Positions 13,175-24,455 of a DNA stretch of 64,000 nt are shown here, piece by piece. Source of the DNA: Selaginella moellendorffii (lineage: Eukaryota > Plantae > Lycopodiophyta). Both the position numbers and the translations under genes were made by a program. Position 1 is the first letter of the stretch; the number at the start of each line of letters is the position of its first letter. Under the pieces are notes generated by a model. It ran no database searches and was not told the origin of the DNA. It worked only from the letters and a program-made list of their open reading frames with translations. The stretch is taken from positions 744,001 through 808,000 of the forward strand of contig NW_003314318.1 in the NCBI RefSeq assembly GCF_000143415.4, given 5' to 3'.

Positions 13175-15647
13175 GGTGCACCAACTTATTTTTAAAGCGC
13201 GCTACAGATCACAGCTTAGGAACCTAATTCCTCCACACTGCCAAGTCCTCTCACTTGACATGTCTGTGATCAAGCATGGACTCCTCCATGCTCGGCCCCA
13301 TGGCCCACCCTTTTTGAAGTTATCACCTTCAACTAGGGTCTTTGTTCCCCCGACGTGCCAATTTCACTTGGCAAGTCCTCCGACCATTGTAACATGGTTC
13401 CTGCATAAGCATGAAAGTCCTTGACCATCGACTTTCGTTCAAAGCCCTCTCTTTGAACACTCGGGAACTACTTCCCTAACCTTGATAGCCTTGCCTCATG
13501 GCAAGCTTCAAGACCACGCTTCTGTTGCGCCACTCTGATTTCGTGCGTTCCATGAACCATTTACACTTGGCCTTTCTAGGTACTAAGCTACCTAGAATCA
13601 TCTTTGGGAACCTTGAAGGAACTCTGTCCCTCAGCTTGCTAAGGCCTCCCTTTTTGCAAGCCTTCCAAATGCCACATAGTCTAACATGGACAATTCCATA
13701 TTTTAGACTCTCCATGGCATCACGGTTGCTAGCGGCAACACCCTCGAGCCCCCACTTGATTCTCCACTCCCAGCTGGCATAACCAACCTTGGTTATGCCC
13801 TTTGATTCCTACGGTTCGGTTCTATCCCTTTACTTCTTGCTTTTTGGCTTCACACCTTTCCTTTGGTCATTCTCCTCCAGACCAGGAGGATAGCTTTGCA
13901 CTTTCTATCATGCTTTAGCAAATATTCTTGGGGATGAACCTACCCAATAGCCTAGGGAGTGGTTCCTCAATCCGGGTATGCTCACCTTATAATCCCACAC
14001 ACTGGGATTACATTGTTGCTTATGGGCCTTTACATGCCCATCACTAGCTTTGCCAAAATTCCATTTTTGGCTTTGTCCAACTCGGGTAGACAGTCCTCTC
14101 CTGTCTCCGCAACCTTGGACATTTGGATAGCACCTTCTATCCATCATTCGCTAGGGACTTAGTCCCTTGGGCTTTATCTATTGCCCTCGCGACATCAAAC
14201 ACCACCTTCTGGTGTTCTAGAGTGTTCGGGTGTCCCCATGATGGCTTTCTTGACAATGAGTATTTCCTTTTATGACATTGACTTACTATATCGCAACATA
14301 AGCAACTTATCCCCCGCAAGGGTATATCCGACTTCCCTATGCTTTTAAGAAGTCTTGGGTAGCTACCTTCTACCCGTTTAACCAATTATTTTGCACCTCT
14401 TGCTTAGTTGCCTCATAGTTGTCAAGTCTTACAACTCATTGTTTGGTGCTTTCACACCTCCATCATTATCTGGGTCACCACACTCCAACTGCATGCTCTG
14501 CAGCTTAGGCTATGCCATTCCCATTTCCACTGGGATTCCTTTGGCAAGGGGTTCTCATGAACCCACCAACATAGCCTCAAGGTATCACACCTTGGCACAT
14601 TTGGTGTCTCCACACCATCGGCTCCACGAGCCTACCTCTATGACATTTCCCCTTCGTGTCTAAGTCTTTGCCAAGACCAACACCGCTCTTTCTCATGCTA
14701 ACCATCCGTTAGCACTGCACCATAGAGGTCACACACAACTTCATGTCAAAGTTGTTTTCTTCTGGAAACACCTTTCCCATAACTTTAGCATGGCACATTT
14801 TGCCATCGATAAGATACCCTCTGTTCTCATCCTTGGATCCTATGATCCCCCCCCCCCATCCTTTGTGGGGTACAACACACCTTAGTCCAAATGCTTTCAT
14901 CAGTCCTTTTAGGACCATCCCTTGACTCTACTTGAGTCATCCAGCAGTTTTGGACTTGGTTAATCCACAGACCCGTAAGGTCCTATTTGTGAGGCACTAG
15001 CTCACTGGAATACATTTCTTGCATTCCTGTCCTACTCAAAAGGACTATTTTCACAAGTGTTACTCCGACACTTGATTTTGTTCTCTGGGGCAACCTCTGC
15101 CCCTTAGGACTACTTGTCCATGTGATGAGAATACCAACTCATCTCTAAGTACACCCCCCAACTCCTTGGGTTGTTCCAACATTTATTAAAGGTAGCCCTG
15201 GCTACCATTTCAAGGACTTGAGTCCTCTTCCGTACTTGACCTCTCACGGTCATCCATTCCGGTCTCACATTCATGAGCACCAACCTCAACTATATGAGGA
15301 TAATCTTGTGACTCCTTTATTGTTTTGGAGTCTCTATCTTTCCCGTGATCCCAACTTTAGTTGTTTACCACAACAACCTTAGCCAATTTGCTGAGACAAA
15401 TGCTCATCCGGATCACATCCTCAACTCAATGAGGAAAACCTTGCACTGTTCCCAAGATCCCAAAGTCATTCCATTATTGGCCCTTTTCTATCCACCACCT
15501 TGTCTACAAGTTCGCACATGAACTGTAATGGAGAGCCATGTCTTCCTGACTTGCTACTCCTCAAGGATAGGCCCACTCCTCGGACCTTCCGATGCCAACA
15601 CTAGTGGTGATATACTTGAGCACCAATAAAAGTCGGACTAAGGAACA

Positions 15648-15659
15648 GCTCCAATACCA
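15648..15659 (-). other. Primer-binding site (tRNA-iMet type) of copy D
   Basis: Minus strand TGGTATTGGAGC lies 3 nt inside the 5' LTR end. It resembles the canonical plant TGGTATCAGAGC. Confidence 0.85.
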
Positions 15660-15662
15660 AAT

Positions 15663-17506
15663 TGTAAACGACTAAATTTTCCATTCTACTTTATTCACTT
15701 AACCACACCTGTGACCACTTGGAGGAGTCTCATTCACAACCTCCATAAGTCCAATCCAGGACTTGGGACTTGCTAGCCCCGAGAATGGCATCCATGCCAC
15801 TCAACATTTGCACTTGGTCCAAGTGCTCCACGTGTCCGATCCCATGACCGACACTCAAAGGTACCACCGACATAGCAGCCCGTTACGCTAAGGCCATGCC
15901 CAATCACCTTTGCCACACTGGTAGTCCAATACCACTTGCATCACCGTCTTGGCTCTCCAAGACTAGGCAAACCATCCGTGAGTGGTCATCTCAGATCCAC
16001 TCCTTAGCATCCTTAGGATGCCCACCGACAAGGGGAATAGCCTTCCCCAACATCCCTCTGTCAGTCCCCACTAAGTCCCTTTCTGCCCCTGGCCGTGTTT
16101 GCCAACACTGCCACTGGATCGAGACCCACAGGCCCGACCACTAAGTCCCACGGTCCTCTGGGACTTCCTCACCACACGACTGTGTCCTTGGTCACTACCC
16201 CAGAGGACTGCTCCTCTTCCTTTCCACAGTCTGGGCCTTTGGGACAACATTTCGGAACACCGTGGCCTTACGCGAGCCACCTAGGTACTCTCCTTGCCTT
16301 CTGCCCTTGGGTGCTCTAGCCATGGGCTTAGAGCGGGTTCCGTTGAGCCACACCAGGTATCCAAGTAGGTAGTGCCACCCACACTTGGACTGGGAGCATC
16401 GGCCAGTCGATCTCCCGGGGGAACTAGAGCCGGCTCTTGAACACTTCACCAAGCTACCCCGCTTGTCGGTCTGTGTTCACTCTAGTCTTGGACTTCCCAG
16501 TGGGCAGCTCATCACCCAACACTGGGTCTAGCCTTCCTGGGCCAAACTGGCCTTTCCTGGCCAAACTGGCTCCACTCCAGTCCTCCCCCTACTATACTTT
16601 TGGAGCTCACCAAACCCCCCAGGGTCTGGGAGACGAACGCTTTGGGCTTTCACCCTCTCAGACCCGAACTCGGACTCGGACTCGAACTCGGACTTGGACT
16701 CGGACTCGGACTCGGACTCGGCCTCGGTCTCGGTCTCGGTCCCGATCTCGGTCTCGGTCTCGGTCTCGGTCCCGGTCTCGGTCTCGACTTCGGACTCCAT
16801 CTCGGGTCCATCTCGGACTCCATCTCGGACTCCATTTCGGACTCCATCTCGGGTCCATCTCGGACTCCATCTCGGGTCTATCTCGGACTCCATCTCGGGT
16901 CTATCTCGGACTCCATCTCGGACTCCATTTCGGGTCCATCTCGGGTCCACCTCGGACTCCATCTCGGACTCCATCTCGGGTCCATCTCGGACTCCATCTC
17001 AGACTCCATTTCGGGTCCATCTCGGGTCCATCTCGGGTCCACCTCGGACTCCATCTCGGACTCCATCTCGGACTCCATCTCGGACTCCAACTCGGGTCCA
17101 TTTTGGACTCCACTTCGGACTCCAACTCGGGTCCATCTCGGACTCCACTTCGGACTCCAACTCGGGTCCATCTCGAACTCCACTTCGGACTCCAACTCGA
17201 GTCCATCTTGGACTCCACTTCGGACTCCAACTCGGGTCCATCTCGGACTCCACTTCGGACTCCATCTCGGACTCCATCTCGGACTCCAACTCGGGTCCAT
17301 TTTGGACTCCTTTTTGGAGCCTCGCTTTTTGCTCGCTTCGTGCTCGTTCCTTGAGCACTTCGTTGGGAGTTCCACTCCCGCTCTTGACTTTTCAAGTCGG
17401 AGCTTTTGGTCCAAACGTGTTACGCTCGTTTGGCTCTCGCTTCAGCCACTACCACGTGGCGCCCTTTCCGGCTCTACTTTGGGTCCTAGGGATTTTGTGT
17501 CTCACA
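15663..17506 (-). repeat. 5' LTR of copy D (1844 bp; VNTR about 16662-17310)
   Basis: Direct repeat of 9794-11505, followed on the minus strand by the PBS. Confidence 0.93.
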
Positions 17507-19136
17507 CACAACTCCAAGGCATCCCCTACTTGGAAGTGTGCCCAAGCCAATCTCATTGAGAGTTCAAGACTACCAAAAATTGAATGTCTTTATATTCCAA
17601 ACTATCACTACGCTCTAGTGAGTTGGGACTTAAACCCAAGCACTACATGTAAGGGACTAAATTTTTCCATTCTACTTTAGTCACTTAACCACACCTCCGA
17701 CCACTTGAAAAAATCTCATTCACAACCTCCATAAGTCCAATTCAGGACTTGGGGCTTGCTAGCCCCGAGAATAGCATCCATGCCACTCAACCTTAGCACC
17801 TGGTCCAAGTGCTCCATGTGTCCGATCCCATGATCAACACCCCAAGGTACCATCGACGTATTGGCCCGTTACGCTAAGGCCATGCCCATTTACCTTGGTC
17901 ACACCAATGGTCCAACACCACTTGCTTTGCAATCCCGTCTCTCAAAGACTAGGCCATCCGTCCATGAGTGGTCATCCCAGATCCACTCCTTAGCATCCTT
18001 AGGATGCCCACAGACATGGGAAATAACCTTCCCCAATATCTCTTTTCCAGACCCAGTCCCTTTCCGTCCATGGCCGTGTTTGCCCACACTGCCACTAGAT
18101 CAAGGCCCACAGGCCAGACCTCTAAGTCCGCTGGCCTCTAGGGCTACCTCACCGTGCGACTGTGTCCTTGGTCACCACACCAGAGGGCTATTCCTCTTCC
18201 TTTCCACAGTCTGGGACCTTGGGACAACATTTCGGAACACCGTGGCCCTACGCGGGCCTCATGGGTACTCTCCCCGCCTTCTGCCTTTAGGTGCTCTAGC
18301 CATGGGCTTAGAGCGAGGTTCCATTGAGCCATGCCAGGTATCCAAGTAGGTAGTGCCACCCACACTTGGATTGGGAGCATCGGCCAGTTGATCTCCCGAG
18401 GGAACTAGAGCCGGCTCTTGAACACTTCACCCAACTACCCTGCTTGTCAGTCCATATTCACTCTACCCTTGGACTTCCCAGTGGTTTTCCCATCACCCAA
18501 CCCTTGAGAACAGCCTTCCTGGGCCAAATTAGCCTTTCCTAGCCAAACTGACTCTACTGTAGTCCTCCCCCTCACTATACTTTTGGAGCTCACCAAACCC
18601 CTCAGGGTCTGGGAGATGAATGCTTTGGGCTTTCACCCTCTCAGACTCGAACTCGGACTCGGACTCGGACTCGGACTCGGCCTCGGCCTCGGTCTCGGCC
18701 TCGAGCTCGGTCTCGGTCTCGGTCTCGGTCCCGATCTCGGTCTCAGTCTTGGTCCCGATCTCAGTCTCAGTCTCGGTCCTAGTCTCGACTTCGGACTCCA
18801 TCTCAGGTCCATCTCAGACTCCATTTCGGGTCCATCTCGGACTCCATCTTGGACTCCATCTCGGGTCCATCTCGGACTCCATCTCGGGTCCATCTCAGAC
18901 TCTATCTCGGACTCCATCTCGGACTCCATCTTGGACTCCATCTCGGATTTCATCTTGGGTCCATCTCGTGTCCCTTTTCTAGAGACTCACTTATCTTTCA
19001 CTTCGTGCTTGTTCCTCGAGTGCTTCGTTGGGAGTTCCACTCCCACTCTCAACTTTTTCAAGTCAGAGCTTTTAGTCCAAACGTGTTATGCTTGTTTGGC
19101 TTTCGATTCGGCCACTACCACGTGGCGCCTTTTCGG

Positions 19137-19330
19137 TGTAAGCAACCAAAGGGAACGACTCGAGAGACGATCCATGGGGTTCAAATATAGAAGAAAAGGG
19201 CCCATGAAAAAGAGTGCACCCCCTTTTCCAATCGGTTAAGGGTCTTGGGATAGTTGGGGTTAAGCGTCCTTGGGTTTGAATAGTACTGGGTTAAATGACC
19301 TCCCGGGAAGTCCAAACTCAGGAGCTTACA
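19137..19330 (+). mobile_element. Cassandra-like TRIM solo LTR (194 bp) carrying a 5S rRNA-derived segment
   Basis: Terminal inverted repeats TGTAAGC...GCTTACA; TSD TTCGG/TTCAG (19132-19136 and 19331-19335); absent from the other LTR copies; internal 5S-like segment. Confidence 0.82.
19259..19313 (+). other. 5S rRNA internal control region fragment (box A, intermediate element, degenerate box C)
   Basis: GTTAAGCGTCCTTGGGTTTGAATAGTACTGGGTTAAATGACCTCCCGGGAAGTCC is colinear with plant 5S as I recall it (GTTAAGCGTGCTTGGGCGAGAGTAGTACTAGGATGGGTGACCTCCTGGGAAGTCC). It is not a complete 5S gene. Confidence 0.85.
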
Positions 19331-22300
19331 TTCAGCTCGACTTTGGGGCCTAGGGATTTTGTGTCTCACACTAGAGAGTTGGGACTCAAACCCAACCTCC
19401 ATATATGCATTTACGAATGGCATCACCTAGGATGTTTAGTGTGACTCCCCATGCCAGTGCACCAACTTATATTTAAAGTGCACTATAGATCATAGCTTAG
19501 GAACCTAGTTCCTCTGCACTACTAAGTCTTCTCACTTAATAAGTCTATAATCATGCATGGACTCCTCCATGTTTGGCCTTATGGGCCACCCCTTTTTGAA
19601 GTCAACACCTTCAACTAGTGTCTTTGTTCCCTCAAACTTGCTAATCTCACTTAGCAAGACACCCAACTAGTGTAATATGGTTTCATGCATAAAAGCAAAA
19701 GTCCTTAACCATCAACTTTCGTTCAAAGCCATCTTTTTAAACACTTAGGGATTATTTCCCCAACTTTGATAGCTTTGCCTCATGGCAAGCTTCAAGACCA
19801 CACTTTTATTGCACCACTTTAATTTCATGGGTTTTATAAACCATTTACACTTGTCTTTTTAAATACTAATCTACCTAGAAACTTTGAAGGGACTCTATCC
19901 TTTAGCTTGTTAAGGCCTCTCCTTTTGCAAGATTTCTAATTATCATATGGTCTAATATGGATAATTTCATACTATAAAATCTTCATGGCATCACGGTTGC
20001 TAATAGCAATATATTCAAACATCTACTTGATTCTTCATTCCCAACTTGCATGATTTTTATGATTCAATTCTATCCCTTTACTATTTGCTTTTTGGCTTTA
20101 TATTTTCCCTTTAGGTATTCTCATCCCATTTAGAAGGGTAGTTTTGCATTTTCTACCATGCTTTAGTAAGTGTTCTTAGGGATGAACCTACTTAGTACTT
20201 TAGAGAGTGGTTTTTCAATTTGGATATGTTTACCGTGTAATCCCATACACCGGGATTAACATCATTACGCATAAGCCTCTTTATGCCTATTGCGAGCCAT
20301 GCCAAAATCCTTTTTTGGCTTTTTCTAATTCAGATAGATAGACTTCTTCTATCTCCACAACCTTGGACATTAGATAACACTTCCTATCTATTATTTACAA
20401 AGGACTTAGTTCTTTCAACCTTATTTAATACCCTCATAATACCAAACACCACTCCTTGATGTTTTAAAGTGTTTAAGTGTCATAACAATAACTTTCTTTG
20501 ACAATGAGCATTTCCCTTGATATTAACTTACTATATCTCAACATAAGCAATTTATCCCTATATTTAACCTCTTTATCCCAATACAAAATCTTGGGTAGTT
20601 AACTTCTACCAATCCAACCAATCATTTTACACCTTTTGCTTAGTTACTTCATAGTTGTCAAGTTTTACAACTCATTGCTGGTGCTTCCACACCTCCATCA
20701 TTATTTGGGTCATCACACTCTAATTATATACCTTCCAACTTACACTAAGCCATTTTCATTTCCATTAGGATTATTTTGGTAAGAGGTTCTCATGAACCCG
20801 CTAAGTTGACTTCAAAGCATCACACCTTGGCACATTTGGTGTCTTTGCACCATCGGCTTTACAATTCTACCTTTATGACAATTTTGACTTATGTCTGGGT
20901 TTTTGCCAAGACTAAAGTAGTCATTTCTTATACCAACTATCAATTAACACTGCACCATAGTATTCATACACAACTTTGTGCCAAAGTTGTTTTTTCTAGG
21001 AACATCTTTCCCATGACTTTAGTATGGCACATTCTGCCATCAATGAAATACCCACTGTCTTTATACTTGGATCTTATGATCTTCCCCATCCTTTATGGGG
21101 CATAACACATCTCAGTCCACTAAAAACATTCCTTTATTGACCCTTTTCTATCCACCATGTTGCCTACAAGTTCACACATGAACTGTAGTGGAGAGCCATG
21201 TCCTCCCAACTTGCTACTCCTCAAGGATAGACCCACTTCTAGGACCTTCTGATGCCAACATAAGTGGTAATATACTTTAGCATCAATAAAAGTCAAACTA
21301 AGGAACAACTCCAATACCAAATTGTAAGCGATTAAATTTTCCATTCTACCACACATTCGACCACCTAGAAGAGTCTCACTCACAACCTCTATAAGTCCTA
21401 TTCTGGATTTGGGGTTTGTTAGCCCCGGGAATGGCATTCAACTGCTCAGCCTTTGCACTTGGTCCAAGTGCTCCACGTGTTCGATCCCATGACTGACACC
21501 AAAAGGTACCATTTGACATATCAGCCCGTTACATTAAGGCCATCCCCATTCACCTTTGTGACATTAGTGATCCAACACCCATCATAGTCCTGTCTCTCAA
21601 AGATTAGGCAATCTGTCTATGAATGATCATTTCAGATCCACTCCTTAGCATCCTTAGAATGCCCATAGATATGGGGGATGGCCTTCCCAAATACCCCTTT
21701 TTCAGTCCCCACCAAATCCCTTTTTGTCCATGGTTGTGTTCGCGAACACTACCATTGGATCAAGGCCCACAGGCCTGACCATTAAATCCCACTATCTTCT
21801 AGGATTTCTTGACCATGTGAATATATCCTCAGTCATTACACCAAAGGATTGTTTTTCTTCCTTTCCACAGTCTAGAACTTTGGGACAATATTTTGAAACA
21901 CCATGGCCCTACGCGAGCCTCATGAATACTCTTCCCACATTCCGCCTTTGGGTGCTTTAGCTATGGGGCTAGAACGAGGTTTCATTGAATATCAAAGTAA
22001 GTAATACCACCCATGCTTGAATTGGGAGTATCGACCATTCGATTTCTCGGGGGAGTTAAAGTCGACTCTTGAACACTTCATTAAGTTACCCTTTTTGTCT
22101 ATCTGTATTCACTCTAGTTTTAAACTCCTCAGTGGATATATCATCACCCAACACATGGGCATAGGCTTCCTGGGTTACACTAGCCTTTCCTAGCCAAACT
22201 GGCTCCATTGGGGTCTAACTCCCACACTCTCCTTATTATACTTTTGGAACCCCTCTGCAGCCCCATCTCGACATCTTAAGTCCATCTTGACACTTCCACG

Positions 22301-22747
22301 TGTCATGTGTTGGTCCTTTTGTGTCCTTTTTCTAAAGACTCACTTATTCCTCACTTCGAACTCATTCTTTGAGCCCTTCATTAGGAGTTTTACTCCCGCT
22401 CTCGACTTTTCAAGTTAGAACTTTTAGTCCAAACATATTACACTCATTTGGCTTTTGCTTCGAACTTTACCACGTGGCACTCCTTCAGCTCTATTTTGGG
22501 GCTTAGGGATTTGTGTTTCACAATGCTCTTCTAGAACTGAGTGCCAGGAAACCAAATGGCACCAGCAGTAAGAATCACTATCCTAATTCAAGCGAACCAT
22601 ATGTCATGTTATTCTCATCCAAGCTATGCTGGATTTTTGCTGTTTCTAATATTTATTTTGTAAAAAAATATTAAAAGAATTTTTGTTTTTATATTTTACT
22701 CCATGTGTTTAAACTCTAATATACTATCTTTATAAATATCCTTAGTT

Positions 22748-23629
22748 TTGTGTTTTACTTTTATAATAAGTATTTCTTATAGCTTTTATCATAATATGTA
22801 TTTCTTACAACTTCATTATAATCTACTAATATTGTGTTTATGTTTTAATTTAGGATTATCTGGACGAAAACTAACCATTGGAAACACTAATGTTTTAACT
22901 CCAGAAGATATGGGTAAAATCATTGGAGCTATGTATAAGTTAATGGGGGACATTTATGGAAAACAAAGTTATTCAACAGATTATTCAAATAATATTCCAG
23001 TAGAAACAACTAAAGGTATTTTTGATGTAATATTTGAATGTAAAGAGGATTGTTTCAAATCTACTACTATTGCGGGAAATAATATAATTACTGCTTTAAG
23101 AGTAATTATTGATAATTATTTAGATTTTATGAATGAGAAACTTTCAGACTTTTTTCAAAAGGAAACTAATAAATTTGTATTAACATATAAACAAAAAGAT
23201 AACTCAGAAACTCTATCTATGCATCTAAATAAAAAAATTAGTATAAATGATTTAGATTTTTGTATATTAAGAGCTACCAGATTATATTATGATTCAGTTA
23301 TGTATACAGGTGATTTTATTTACTCCAAAGGTTTTAAATTTGTTTTAATTTTAGAAGTAAATTGCAAACTCTCTCTATATAAGGGAAAAATAAAAATCTG
23401 GGAAATAACATCTAGGAAGAAAAATATTTTTAATTGCTATTTAAAACTGAAAAATAATGGTAAGTTAGTTTTGTATCATTATAATGAAGATGTATGGGAT
23501 AGTTATAAATATTGTGAAAATTGTTTGTTATCAACATATTTAAATGTTTCAAATGATTGTGCTTTAAATATTCATCTATTAAAATATCCTAATAGAATTT
23601 ATTGGACAAATAATATGAAGTGTGAATAA
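22748..23629 (+). CDS. AT-rich protein with a C-terminal bulb-type (GNA-like) lectin fold; true start/first exon uncertain
   Basis: 293-codon ORF in very AT-rich DNA. The C-terminus LEVNCKLSLY..W / CYLKLKNNGKLVLY..W / YLNVSNDCALNI..W follows the three-fold QxDxNxVxY...W B-lectin pattern. Probable splice acceptor at 22852-22853. Confidence 0.6.
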   Translation: MCFTFIISISYSFYHNMYFLQLHYNLLILCLCFNLGLSGRKLTIGNTNVLTPEDMGKIIGAMYKLMGDIYGKQSYSTDYSNNIPVETTKGIFDVIFECKEDCFKSTTIAGNNIITALRVIIDNYLDFMNEKLSDFFQKETNKFVLTYKQKDNSETLSMHLNKKISINDLDFCILRATRLYYDSVMYTGDFIYSKGFKFVLILEVNCKLSLYKGKIKIWEITSRKKNIFNCYLKLKNNGKLVLYHYNEDVWDSYKYCENCLLSTYLNVSNDCALNIHLLKYPNRIYWTNNMKCE

Positions 23630-23814
23630 TTTGATTTCTAATTTGCAAAATATGTTTTTACTTTAAATAACATCGCTAATCAATACTTTTCGAAATAACT
23701 TTTTCGTATGATTTAGCCCTAACCCTTTTAGCTCTTCCTGAAAGGATCGAATCAAGGTACGATGAAATTCTTCTCGGATTCATGATTCATGATGGATGTT
23801 TGCACCAGGCGACG

Positions 23815-24369
23815 ATGCCCAAGAGCTTCGCCTTCGCTCTCTACTTCGACGCCGCGCTAGAGAACCAAATCCTCGAGCTCTGGAACGTCTTAGCCCGGAG
23901 GAAGATAACCTCCCTGCTCATTGACAGCGGCAGCCGACCTCACATGCGTCTCAGCGTCACGACCGCCGACGACTTGGAGCTCCCAAAACTCCGGACCACT
24001 GTCGAGAGCTTCGCCGCGCAGGAGGGCCCTGTGGCCATCAGTTTCTCCGCCGCTGGGGGCTTCTTCACGGACGAGACCTCCCTCTTCCTCACCCCGGCCC
24101 CCACAATCCAGCTCCTGGCTTTCCACGACCGCTTCCACGAGCTTCTCCAGGTGATGGGAGTCGAGAGCTTGGATGTCTATCAGCCCGGGAACTGGTTCCC
24201 TCATTGCAGTGTCGCCCAAGAGCTTCCCCGGAACCGGCTGGCGGATGCCTTCGCTGTGTTTCAAGAGTTGAAGCTGCCTCTAACGGGCCACATTTGCGAC
24301 GTTGGCATGGTGGAGCTCACTCCCTTCCAGGAGTACTGTGCTTTCTCTTTGGACGGCGATATGTGCTAG
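23815..24369 (+). CDS. 2H phosphoesterase (2'-5' RNA ligase/cyclic phosphodiesterase-like) protein
   Basis: Plant family signature FALYFDAALENQIL..WNVLARR with two Hx motifs (RPHMRL and FPHCSV); intronless. Confidence 0.88.
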   Translation: MPKSFAFALYFDAALENQILELWNVLARRKITSLLIDSGSRPHMRLSVTTADDLELPKLRTTVESFAAQEGPVAISFSAAGGFFTDETSLFLTPAPTIQLLAFHDRFHELLQVMGVESLDVYQPGNWFPHCSVAQELPRNRLADAFAVFQELKLPLTGHICDVGMVELTPFQEYCAFSLDGDMC

Positions 24370-24455
24370 AGGTTTCTTTCCCTCCGCGAAACTCTTTTTG
24401 TCGGTCCGTCCGAGAGCCACAGAGCGGCTGCAATGTGTCATTAGTACACAACAAA

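Larger units (their letters stand above)
9794..17506 (-). mobile_element. Full-length young non-autonomous LTR retrotransposon (LARD-like), copy D, 7713 bp
   Basis: Two near-identical LTRs (9794-11505 and 15663-17506), TG...CA termini, perfect TSD CACAA (9789-9793 and 17507-17511), PBS and PPT. The 4.16-kb internal region has no ORF over 100 aa. Confidence 0.95.
17648..19370 (-). mobile_element. Solo LTR E inserted into copy C
   Basis: TGTAAGGGACTAA...GTGTCTCACA termini; TSD CTACA/CTAGA (1 mismatch) at 17643-17647 and 19371-19375. The empty site CCCAAGCACTAGAGGG is seen at 13082-13097. Confidence 0.88.
8386..22522 (-). mobile_element. Same LTR family, old host copy C (contains copy D and solo LTR E)
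   Basis: The 3' LTR remnant ends GTGTCTCACA at 8539. The internal region runs 8540-9793, 17507-17647 and 19371-21322, with a deletion near 21120. PBS near 21308-21319; 5' LTR 21323-22522 with the VNTR almost lost. Many C>T/G>A changes relative to copy D. Confidence 0.82.

Noticed and set aside
4904-19239. Long overlapping ORFs (200-350 aa; SDSISD, LGLHLG, RTPS, ESEM repeats) in several frames
   Set aside because: They are by-products of the stop-free 6/12-bp VNTR inside the LTRs. They are open on both strands and frameshift between copies.
19259-19313. Functional 5S rRNA gene
   Set aside because: Only about 55 nt of the 120-nt gene is present, without 5' half or terminator, embedded in an LTR.
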